Shown: piece by piece, positions 13,072-20,911 of the stretch
Position numbering within the stretch: the stretch's first letter is position 1
How the letters are laid out: each line of letters starts with the position of its first letter
Assembly: GCA_030840515.1 (NCBI GenBank)
Contig: JAVEEJ010000181.1
Location: 1-36,586 of the forward strand
Direction of reading: 5' to 3'
Length of the DNA: 36,586 nucleotides
From: Frankiaceae bacterium
Lineage (GTDB): Bacteria; Actinomycetota; Actinomycetes; JAVEEJ01
Made by a program: the position numbers and the translations under genes
The notes under the pieces: model-generated
Told to the model about the DNA's origin: nothing
What the model saw: the letters and a program-made list of their open reading frames with translations, nothing else
Databases searched by the model: none

Positions 13072-14841
13072 TCAGTCCCAGACCCCGTACCAGGTCGAGC
13101 CCTGGAGCGATGCGCCGTACCACGTCGACCCCTCGGTGCCGCCGTACCAGGTGGAGCCGTACCAGGTCGACCCGTACCACGTGGAGCCGTACCAGGTGGA
13201 GCCGTACCAGGTGGAGCCGTCGAGACCGCTGGCCCACTGGCTGGAGTACCAGGTGCTACCCGTCCAAGCCGAGCCGGTGTAGCCGTACGGGTCGTAGTAC
13301 GTGCCCTGCGCGGTCTCCGCGCCCTTGACCGCGTCGCAGTCCTTGTCCAGCGAGCGCTGGGCGGCGGCGCACGGGCGGCCCGTCACGTGCTCGGTCCCGC
13401 GCGCGGACTCCAGCCCACCGGGCTCGAACGTCGTACCCGCTCCGTCCGAGGGGGTCCGGGCGTAGGTCGCGAACGGCTGCGGCACCGAGTGCACCGCGCG
13501 GTAGCCGTCGACCACGCCGGCTCCCACGCCGGAGGCGTCGCGAGAGAAGGAGGCCTGCGCCGTGGCGACGAGGGCTCCCTTGAGCTGGTCCGGCGACCAG
13601 TCCGGGTGCGCCTGGAACGCGAGCGCAGCAAGCCCCGAGACCACACCCGTGGACTGCGAGGTGCCGGAGCCGCGTCGGTAGGGCGAACCCGAGAGCGGCC
13701 CGCCGGGAGCAACCTCTTCCACCCGACTTCCCGGGCTGCGCAGCGAGACCACGTGGCCGCCGGGGGCTGCGATGTCCGGCTTGGCCAGACCCTGGGCAGT
13801 CGGGCCGCGACTGGCGAAGTTGGGAAGCGTGTCGTCGGTGACCGTCGAGGTCTCCCGATCGTCCACCGCGCCGACCGTGATCACGAGCGGGTCGTCGGCG
13901 GGCTTGCTGATCGTCCCGGTCGCGGGTCCGCGGTTGCCCGCAGCCACAACCACGGCCACACCACTGGTCCAGGCTCGCTCCACCGCGAAGTTCAGCGGGT
14001 CATGGCGGTAGTCCGCGGTGCTGTCGGTGCCGAGGCTGAGGTTGAGGACCCGGATGCCGTAGGTGTCCTTGAACGAGACGGCCCACTGGATCGCAGCCAG
14101 CACCTTGCTCACGTCGGCCGACCCGTCGCGGCCCGCGATCTTGATGCTCACGATCTTGGCCTCGGGCGCCACACCGCCGTAGAAGCCGTAGCTCGCGGCG
14201 CCGGACCCGGCGATCAACCCGGCGATGAACGTGCCGTGGCCGTAGGAGTCGTTGCAACCGGCCTCGCCGGAGAAGTTGACGCAGTCGTCGCCCGGCATAC
14301 CGGTGACGGGGTCGGCGACGTTCAGCACAGTCGAGGCCAGGTCCGACACCGGCGCTACTCCGGTGTCGATGAGCGCCACCGTCACGCCCTTGCCCGTGAC
14401 GCCGTCCGCATTCAGCCGATCGGCACCGACCTCGTGGCGGTACACCGGCCGGGGCAGGTCCTCGAGGTCATGGCCGTAGAACTGGAAACCGCCTCGGCCA
14501 CCCCCGTCGATGCTGCGCATCGACACGTGGTCATCGGGAGTGACGGCCAGCACGCCCGACGTGGACCGAAGCGCCGCGATCTGGTCGGCGGGGACGGTGG
14601 CGGCGAAGCCTCGGACGATCGGGAGGTCGCGGGTGACGACGCCTCCGAGCGCACGCACCGCGGCCTTGGCACCCGCCTGCGCGCCGGGTGCCTGAACGAT
14701 GACGGAGGACGAGCCGATAGCCGGTCTCGTGGTGGATGCGGCCGTCGGCCCTGCCGCGGCACCGCTGGACAGCACGGCGACGAGCACTGCGGCCCCGACC
14801 AGGCCTACCGACCGAACGCGCTTGAGCACCGCTGACCCCAC
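13072..14841 (-). CDS. Secreted S8 (subtilisin-family) serine peptidase with C-terminal STWYG pentapeptide-repeat tail
   Basis: Signal-peptide-like N-terminus (VGLVGAAVLVAVLSSGAAAG). Catalytic contexts: VALIDTGV (Asp), SYGHGTFIAG (His), GSGTSQSTGVVSG (Ser). C-terminus: ...GSTWYSSQWASGLDGSTWYGSTWYGSTWYGSTWYGSTWYGGTEGSTWYGASLQGSTWYGVWD. Confidence 0.9.
   Translation of the reverse strand: MGSAVLKRVRSVGLVGAAVLVAVLSSGAAAGPTAASTTRPAIGSSSVIVQAPGAQAGAKAAVRALGGVVTRDLPIVRGFAATVPADQIAALRSTSGVLAVTPDDHVSMRSIDGGGRGGFQFYGHDLEDLPRPVYRHEVGADRLNADGVTGKGVTVALIDTGVAPVSDLASTVLNVADPVTGMPGDDCVNFSGEAGCNDSYGHGTFIAGLIAGSGAASYGFYGGVAPEAKIVSIKIAGRDGSADVSKVLAAIQWAVSFKDTYGIRVLNLSLGTDSTADYRHDPLNFAVERAWTSGVAVVVAAGNRGPATGTISKPADDPLVITVGAVDDRETSTVTDDTLPNFASRGPTAQGLAKPDIAAPGGHVVSLRSPGSRVEEVAPGGPLSGSPYRRGSGTSQSTGVVSGLAALAFQAHPDWSPDQLKGALVATAQASFSRDASGVGAGVVDGYRAVHSVPQPFATYARTPSDGAGTTFEPGGLESARGTEHVTGRPCAAAQRSLDKDCDAVKGAETAQGTYYDPYGYTGSAWTGSTWYSSQWASGLDGSTWYGSTWYGSTWYGSTWYGSTWYGGTEGSTWYGASLQGSTWYGVWD
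13078..13262 (-). repeat. 15-bp tandem repeat array (TCCACCTGGTACGGC, coding S-T-W-Y-G); five near-perfect units at 13141-13215 flanked by degenerate copies
   Basis: On the + strand: gccgtaccaggtgga / gccgtaccaggtcga / cccgtaccacgtgga / gccgtaccaggtgga / gccgtaccaggtgga. Additional gtaccaggt/gtaccacgt cores near 13087, 13117 and 13247. Confidence 0.9.
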
Positions 14842-15205
14842 CCCTCGTGCACCTCAGGGCACGCCTCTAAGGACGCGCCTCCGCGCGGGTACCCGGACTG
14901 GGGTGCGCCCAATCGCGCTGACGACCCCAGATGTTGCAGATCTGCGAGACGGTCTCACTCTGTGTCACTAGACGCCCGAGGATAGCCCGCGATGTCCTGT
15001 TTCGTCACGAGAGACGCGGGCGCCCTGCCGAGGAGCTCAGGTCGCAGGCCGCGGGATGCCACCGCGCACAGCTGGACGCGGCCAAAGCCGGGCAGCAGAC
15101 AAAGCGGGACAACCGGGGGACTAGTCATCGGTAGTCACCTCTGGAGCGGGAATTTGGGCCGGATGGTCTGTGCGGAAGGCGAGCCCGCGACCCGATCTTC
15201 AGAGC

Positions 15206-15754
15206 ATGGACATCACGCCAGCAACCGCAGTCTCCCTGCCCGTCGTGGCTGTCGAGGTGCTCCCCGCGGTTCGAGCTCCGCGCCGCTGGCGGCTCGGCCA
15301 ACCAGCCGCTACGTCGCGCCCGGAGCCCGACGCGGCCGAGTCGGCCGCTCCCGAGCCGGCCGGCGAGGACGCTGTGGTCGAGGCTGAGATCGAGGCGGCC
15401 GCACCGCTCGCGCACTTCGGTCGCTGGCTCGCCGACCTCGAGGGCACGCCTTCCGCGCCCCCGGCCGAGGCCGTGGCGCCAGAGGCTGTCGAGCTCACGG
15501 AGCTGCCCTCGGCGGAGGCTGACGACGAGCGGCTGCGCGGTCTCGCCCAAGAGGTGAAGGACCTCGCGGAGGAGCTCGAGACCGTTCGCCAGCGGGCAGC
15601 TGCTGAGCGCATGCGGCTGCTCGAGGACCTGAGCGTCGCCCGCGAGGCCCGACACGCCGCGGAGCAGGAGCTCGCCGCGATGCAGGCCGTCCTCGAGGTG
15701 GCCGAGCGCCAGGTCCCCCGTCCCCGCCTGGGGTACGTCCACTCCGCCGGCTGA
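15206..15754 (+). CDS. Hypothetical Ala/Glu/Pro-rich protein with C-terminal coiled-coil
   Basis: ATG 15206 lies in the 15170..15754 ORF, and this frame has consistently high GC3. The C-terminal part (ERLRGLAQEVKDLAEELETVRQRAAAERMRLLEDLSVAREARHAAEQELAAMQAVLEVAERQ) has heptad-like character. No family recognised. Confidence 0.5.
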   Translation: MDITPATAVSLPVVAVEVLPAVRAPRRWRLGQPAATSRPEPDAAESAAPEPAGEDAVVEAEIEAAAPLAHFGRWLADLEGTPSAPPAEAVAPEAVELTELPSAEADDERLRGLAQEVKDLAEELETVRQRAAAERMRLLEDLSVAREARHAAEQELAAMQAVLEVAERQVPRPRLGYVHSAG

Positions 15755-15876
15755 GCGTCTCCTGAGGCGCTCGGCCCCGTACGACGGCCCCCCGAGGCAG
15801 GAACGGCCCTGGCGAGCGCGAAGTCAGTGAGCAGGCAACGGCACCGGCCGTCGCTGAGCTCCCCGGAGGCCCCCTC

Positions 15877-17328
15877 GTGCGTGCACGCCTTCTCCCAGCC
15901 CTCGTCGGCATCACGGTCCTCGGCGCTGGGATCGCCGTCGGCGTGAGCGCCACCGCGGCGAAGAACGCCCGGCCCACCGTCGCCTACCACGGCAAGATCA
16001 TCACGGCGCAGCCCAAGACCCGCCCGGCCAACCGCGCCGTCGCCTACCGCGGCCGCCCGCTGGTGCTCCAGCAGACCTACGTCGGCCGGGGTGCGGCCGA
16101 GCCCACGATCGGGCTCGACAAGTCCGGCACGGCGTTCTACGCGGCGTCGACCTTCGACAGCGTCGTCGGGCAGGCCCACACGATCCTGCTGCGCTCCAAG
16201 GACACCAACAAGACCTGGAAGTCGGTGCAGCCGACCGCTGCGGGCGCCGACCTGCACCCCCAGACGCTTGACCCCTACGTGTACGTCGACCCTGACTTCG
16301 GCCGGGTGTTCAACGTCGACCTGGTCGGCGCGGCCTCGGAGATCTCCTTCAGCGACGACAAGGGAGCCACCTGGAGCCACACGGTGGTCAGCTCGGCAGG
16401 CGTGAACGACCACCAGACCCTCACCTTCGGCTTCCCGCCGCGCGAGAGCAGCTACCCGCTGCTCGACCCCAAGCTGCCGAAGATCGGCTACTACTGCGGC
16501 AACACCGTGGCCTTCGAGACCTGCGCGCGGTCCTTCGACGGCGGCCTGAGCTGGAGTCAGCTCCCGAGCCCGCCCTACACCGGCGCCAGCACGCAGCCCG
16601 GCGGCAGCGGCTTCTGCGGCTCGCTCGCCGGTCACCTCGTCACGGACCCGATCGGCAACGTCTACATGCCCAAGGGGCACTGCGACCTGCCGACGATCGC
16701 CATCTCCTCAGACGCCGGCACCACGTGGAAGGACGTGCCGGTCAGCACGACGATCCACGCTTCCGACATCCAGACCTCGGTGAGCTCGGACAAGGCCGGC
16801 AACCTGTTCTACGTCTGGTGGGACTCGGTCTACCAGCTGCCCTACCTGTCGGTCTCGCGCGACCACGGCAACACCTGGTCCCCGGCCCGGATGATCGCGC
16901 CGCCAGGGGTGACCCAGGTGAACTTCCCGACGATCGAGGCCGGCGACCGGGGACGGATCGCGATCAGCTTCCCTGGCACCACCGGCGACCCGAGGGACCC
17001 CAACCGCCCGTGGAACACCTACGTGGTGATCTCGACCGACGCCCTGACGGCCAACCCCACGTTCGTCTCCAGCACCTCCAACATCCCGAGCGACCCGGTG
17101 CACCGCGGCAACTGCAACGCCCGCTGCGCGGGGATGTTCGACTTCCTCGATGTCGTGGTGGCACCCGCGGGCCAGGGCGTCGTGTGGGCGACCGCTACCG
17201 ACACCTGCACGAGCGCTGCCTGCAAGGACCCTGACGGCAGCGCCCGCTCCGCCAGTGACGCAGCCGGCGTCGCGGTGCGTCAGGTCTCAGGTCCCGCCCT
17301 CCGTGGCAAGAAGCCGTATCTTCCGTAA
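15877..17328 (+). CDS. Secreted Asp-box (BNR) repeat beta-propeller protein, sialidase/glycosidase-like
   Basis: Signal peptide (MRARLLPALVGITVLGAGIAVGVSATAA). Four S-x-D-x-G-x-T-W type Asp-boxes: SDDKGATWS, SFDGGLSWS, SSDAGTTWK, SRDHGNTWS. CGGAGG Shine-Dalgarno 7 nt upstream of GTG 15877. Confidence 0.8.
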   Translation: MRARLLPALVGITVLGAGIAVGVSATAAKNARPTVAYHGKIITAQPKTRPANRAVAYRGRPLVLQQTYVGRGAAEPTIGLDKSGTAFYAASTFDSVVGQAHTILLRSKDTNKTWKSVQPTAAGADLHPQTLDPYVYVDPDFGRVFNVDLVGAASEISFSDDKGATWSHTVVSSAGVNDHQTLTFGFPPRESSYPLLDPKLPKIGYYCGNTVAFETCARSFDGGLSWSQLPSPPYTGASTQPGGSGFCGSLAGHLVTDPIGNVYMPKGHCDLPTIAISSDAGTTWKDVPVSTTIHASDIQTSVSSDKAGNLFYVWWDSVYQLPYLSVSRDHGNTWSPARMIAPPGVTQVNFPTIEAGDRGRIAISFPGTTGDPRDPNRPWNTYVVISTDALTANPTFVSSTSNIPSDPVHRGNCNARCAGMFDFLDVVVAPAGQGVVWATATDTCTSAACKDPDGSARSASDAAGVAVRQVSGPALRGKKPYLP

Positions 17329-17366
17329 TGGCACGACTCGTTCCATCCCTCCCGAAAGGCACCACA

Positions 17367-19400
17367 ATGCGACCGCTTCCCGCCAGACTCGCTCTCGCCG
17401 CCGCAGGCCTCGGCCTGCTCGCCAGCGGGATCAGCGTCGCCGGCTCCGCCACCGCGGCCGGGGCCGACCAGTCGATCACCGCGCCGAGCAAGGCCGGCAA
17501 GACCGCGACCGTGGCGTGGACAGGCACGATCCCCGTCGGCGCTTCGGTGCTGCTCGTCGGCGACCCGCTCGCGGTGTGCGACGAGGCCGACCCGACCAAG
17601 GGCGACCGGCACACGATCCAGGTCACACTGCCCGCGTCGCTCCCGAAGGGCGTGCAGCTCACCGGCATGTTCAGCATGGACTGGGACTCCCCCAACGGCG
17701 GTGTGGAGGACGAGAAGCTGGTCGTGCTCGACCCGCACGGAGCCGTGATCGGCGACAGCGACACCGGTGGCCAGACCTTCGAGACCGCGCCCGTGACGAA
17801 GCTCGAGAACGGCATCTACACGGTCATCGCCTGCCCGTTCCAGAACCCCACCCCCAAGGCCTACAGCGGCAAGCTGACGATCTACGCGACGACCAACGTC
17901 AGCTCCATCGCCAAGGGCGTCACCCGGCCCACCTACATCCAGACCACGGCTCCCAAGCCCTTGGCAGCAGACGCCGGAGAGCCCTCGATCGGCTCCAACT
18001 GGAAGTCCGGCGCAGTCATGTTCCAGTCGGGTACGACGACCTACCGGGTCACGTTCAACGACAAGGCCAAGACCTCGACCTGGACCGACCGGACAGGCAA
18101 CACGACCGGCGTGACCACCCTCGACCCGATCCTGTGGACCGACAACACCACCGGCCGGACGATCGTCTCGCAGCTGCTGCTGGCGTGCTCGGCGGCGGAG
18201 TACACCGACGACGACGGTGCGACCTGGGTCCCCAGCCAAGGCTGCGGTGAGGGCACCGCGCTCGACCACCAGACCATCGGCGGCGGGCCCTACCCGGCCG
18301 AGACCGCTGCGCTGGGCACCGTCTACCCCCACCAGGTCTTCTACTGCATCCAGGGCGCTGTCGCGGCGTTGTGCGCGCGGTCCCTTGACGGCGGCCTGAC
18401 GTTCGGCAACGCGGTCCCGGCTGCCACCACGGAGTGCGGCGTGCTCCACGGCCACATCCGCGTCGCGGGCGACGGCACGGTCTACCTGCCGTTCAACAAC
18501 TGCAACGGCCGCCAGGGCGTCTCGGTGAGCCGCGACGGCGGGCTGACCTGGAACATGAAGATCGTCCCGGACTCGCTGGCCGGCACCAACGACTCGTCGG
18601 TGCACGCCGGCAAGGACGGGACCGTCTACTTCGGCTACGCCGACGGCACGGGCCACGCCAAGGTCGCGGTGTCCCGCGACCACGGCGACCACTGGGCACC
18701 GAGCGTCGACGTCGGTGCGGCCTACAGCATCCAGTCCACCGAGTTCTCCGAGATCATGGTCGGCGACAACGACCGTGCGGCGTACGCGTTCCTCGGCACC
18801 CCGACCCGCGGTTACTACCAGGGCCAGAAGTTCGGCCAGGACGCCTCAGGCGACCGTTATGTCGGCGGCGAGTGGCACATGTACGTGGCGATGACCTACG
18901 ACCGCGGTCGCACCTGGACCACGGTCGACGCCACTCCCAAGGACCCGGTGCAGCGCGGCTGCGTGTGGAACGGCGGCGGCGGCAACAAGTGCCGCAACCT
19001 GCTCGACTTCAACGACATCACCCTCGACAAGATCGGCCGCGTGATGGTCGGCTTCGCCGACGGCTGCACGAGCTACGCCACCCCGTGCTCCACGTCCAAG
19101 GACGTCGGTGACAACAAGTTCGAGTCCCACGGCGCGATCATCCGCCAGCTCACCGGCAAGACCCTGTTCAAGAAGTTCGACGGCGTGCTGGCCGGATCCA
19201 CCACCGGAGGCATCGGCACTCCCACGGGTGGCGGCACGGGCAGCACCGGTGGAACGGGCACCGGGTCGGGCTCCGGCAGCGGCTCCGGGGACGGCGGTGG
19301 GCTTGCCACCACCGGCAGCAGCCCGCTCGTCCCGGCACTGGGAGTGACCCTGCTCCTGCTCGCTGCTCTACCGTGGCGGCGTCGCCGGGTCAACGCGTGA
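17367..19400 (+). CDS. Cell-wall-anchored Asp-box (BNR) beta-propeller protein with N-terminal beta-sandwich-like domain and LAxTG sorting signal
   Basis: Start preferred at ATG 17367 (GAAAGG 8 nt upstream; MRPLPARLALAAAGLGLLASG signal peptide). Asp-boxes: TDDDGATWV, SLDGGLTFG, SRDGGLTWN, SRDHGDHWA, TYDRGRTWT. C-terminus has a Gly/Ser/Thr linker, then LATTG, a hydrophobic stretch and RRRR (class E sortase type LAxTG signal). The track ORF starts at 17328, overlapping the upstream TAA. Confidence 0.8.
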   Translation: MRPLPARLALAAAGLGLLASGISVAGSATAAGADQSITAPSKAGKTATVAWTGTIPVGASVLLVGDPLAVCDEADPTKGDRHTIQVTLPASLPKGVQLTGMFSMDWDSPNGGVEDEKLVVLDPHGAVIGDSDTGGQTFETAPVTKLENGIYTVIACPFQNPTPKAYSGKLTIYATTNVSSIAKGVTRPTYIQTTAPKPLAADAGEPSIGSNWKSGAVMFQSGTTTYRVTFNDKAKTSTWTDRTGNTTGVTTLDPILWTDNTTGRTIVSQLLLACSAAEYTDDDGATWVPSQGCGEGTALDHQTIGGGPYPAETAALGTVYPHQVFYCIQGAVAALCARSLDGGLTFGNAVPAATTECGVLHGHIRVAGDGTVYLPFNNCNGRQGVSVSRDGGLTWNMKIVPDSLAGTNDSSVHAGKDGTVYFGYADGTGHAKVAVSRDHGDHWAPSVDVGAAYSIQSTEFSEIMVGDNDRAAYAFLGTPTRGYYQGQKFGQDASGDRYVGGEWHMYVAMTYDRGRTWTTVDATPKDPVQRGCVWNGGGGNKCRNLLDFNDITLDKIGRVMVGFADGCTSYATPCSTSKDVGDNKFESHGAIIRQLTGKTLFKKFDGVLAGSTTGGIGTPTGGGTGSTGGTGTGSGSGSGSGDGGGLATTGSSPLVPALGVTLLLLAALPWRRRRVNA

Positions 19401-19454
19401 CCTAGGCAACATCCCCGCACGTTCGGGCGGCTTGCCCTCGGGTAAGCCGCCCGC

Positions 19455-20906
19455 GTGCGTCTACGACGAGTTCTCGACACGGCAGATGTCGCCGCCTATG
19501 CCCTCGCCCACAAGGGCGACGCTCCCGGCGTCGACGAGGGGCTGCAGCTGGTCACCAAGTCGGCCGACTTCTCCGCGATCTGGCTGGCGACCGCCGCAGC
19601 GCTTGCCGCGACTCAGGGCCGAGCCGGGCGCCGAGCGGCAGCTCGCGGCCTGCTCTCGATCGCCATCACGAGCGCCGTGGTGAACGGGCCCATGAAGTCA
19701 GTGGTCCGCCGCCCGCGCCCCGACAACCGCCTCGTCCCCGTCGACCGCATCAAGCACCGCACCACCCGAACCACCTCGTTCCCCTCCGGCCACAGCGCCA
19801 GTGCGGCTGCCTTCGCCGTGGCTGCGAGCGCGGAGCTGCCGGCTGCAGCCGTGCCACTCGGCACGATGGCGGCGCTGGTGGCAGCAAGCCGGGTGCGCAC
19901 CGGCGCGCACTACCCGGGCGACGTGCTCGCCGGACTGGCGATAGGTGCGGGGGTGGCGCTCTCCACCAAGCGGGTCTGGCCTGTGCCCCCCGCCGAGGCG
20001 GCGCTCGCGCATCCAGGGCACCCTGACCCGTCAGCCGTCCGCGAGACAGGCAAAGGCGTCAGCGTCGTCGTCAACCCCGACGCCGGCCCGGCCTTCTCGG
20101 CGGCGCCTGCAGAGGTGCTACGCGAGCGGCTCCCCGACCTGCGGATCGTGGAGATCGCCCAGGGCGAGCTGGACAAGGCGCTGGCAAGCGCGCGCGACGG
20201 CAGTGACGTGATCGGTGCCGCCGGAGGCGACGGGTCCGTCAACGCCACAGCGGCTGTCGCTCTCGAGCACGAGCTCCCGCTGGTCGTCGTACCCGCCGGC
20301 ACCTTGAACCACTTCGCCCGCGACATCGGCCTCGAGACCGTCGACGACACCATCGACGCACTCCAGAAGGGCGCAGTGGCCGAGGTCGACGCAGGGCTGA
20401 TCGCGGGGGAGGTCTTCCTCAACACAGCGTCGTTCGGGTCCTACGTCGAGCTGGTCGACGCCAGGGAGAAGCTCGAGGGCCGGATCGGGAAGTGGCCCGC
20501 GGTCGCGGTGGCGCTCGGCCGGGTGCTGCGCTCCTGCCCGCCGGTCGAGGTCGAGATCGACGGCGAGCCGCGCCGCGTCTGGATGGCCTTCTTCGGCAAC
20601 TGCCGCTACCGCCCGGCCGGGTTCGCCCCGAGCTGGAGGGAGCGCCTGGACGACAACCTCATCGACGTCCGGATCATCGACGCCGAGATGCCGTACGCCC
20701 GCACCCGCCTGCTCTTCGGCGTGCTCACAGGGACGCTCGGACGCAGTCGGGCCTATGAGCAGCGGACCGCCGGCTCGGTCCGGGTGCGCTCGCTGCAGGG
20801 GCCGCTGCGGCTGGCGCGTGACGGCGAGGTCTTCGACGGACCGGCGGAGTTCGCCGTGGAGAAGGCCACCCGCCGGCTTCGCGTCTACGCCCGACCCGCA
20901 GACTGA
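19455..20906 (+). CDS. Bifunctional PAP2 phosphatase / diacylglycerol-kinase-family (LCB5/YegS-like) lipid kinase fusion
   Basis: PAP2 motifs: KSVVRRPRP, PSGHSASA, SRVRTGAHYPGD. Followed by the DAGK catalytic-domain pattern: VSVVVNPDAG..., IGAAGGDGSVN, VVVPAGTLNHFARD. Confidence 0.85.
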   Translation: MRLRRVLDTADVAAYALAHKGDAPGVDEGLQLVTKSADFSAIWLATAAALAATQGRAGRRAAARGLLSIAITSAVVNGPMKSVVRRPRPDNRLVPVDRIKHRTTRTTSFPSGHSASAAAFAVAASAELPAAAVPLGTMAALVAASRVRTGAHYPGDVLAGLAIGAGVALSTKRVWPVPPAEAALAHPGHPDPSAVRETGKGVSVVVNPDAGPAFSAAPAEVLRERLPDLRIVEIAQGELDKALASARDGSDVIGAAGGDGSVNATAAVALEHELPLVVVPAGTLNHFARDIGLETVDDTIDALQKGAVAEVDAGLIAGEVFLNTASFGSYVELVDAREKLEGRIGKWPAVAVALGRVLRSCPPVEVEIDGEPRRVWMAFFGNCRYRPAGFAPSWRERLDDNLIDVRIIDAEMPYARTRLLFGVLTGTLGRSRAYEQRTAGSVRVRSLQGPLRLARDGEVFDGPAEFAVEKATRRLRVYARPAD

Positions 20907-20911
20907 CCGCC

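Noticed and set aside
13070-13237. N-terminal 56 codons of the 10316..13237 track ORF (MGQRSRRLHLVRLHLVRLHVVRVDLVRLHLV...), which look like a striking Leu/His/Val/Arg repeat
   Set aside because: This is the STWYG 15-bp repeat of the S8 gene read in another frame on the same strand. It overlaps the S8 coding region completely. A proper ATG (13069) follows the S8 stop by 2 nt and begins a normal membrane N-terminus.
14955-15128. 57-aa minus-strand ORF (MTSPPVVPLCLLPGFGRVQLC...) in the large divergent intergenic region. The + strand ORFs 14931..15134 and 14992..15387 were also considered.
   Set aside because: Third-position GC is clearly lower than in real genes of this window. There is no Shine-Dalgarno and no recognisable fold motif. 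The region looks like promoter/leader DNA.
15268-15279. tRNA T-arm-like GGTTCGAGCTCC
   Set aside because: There is no flanking acceptor, D or anticodon stem complementarity. It lies inside a frame with coding-type GC3 bias (15206..15754).
15199-16680. 493-aa minus-strand ORF. Other long antisense ORFs are 17280..18692, 17150..18250 (+, off-frame), 20885..22138, 22656..24290, 34273..35562 and 34584..36425.
   Set aside because: Same reasoning: they overlap the BNR, PAP2/RqlH, CocE/NonD and AlkB genes, contain no recognisable motifs, and have low-complexity Arg/Gly/Pro composition.
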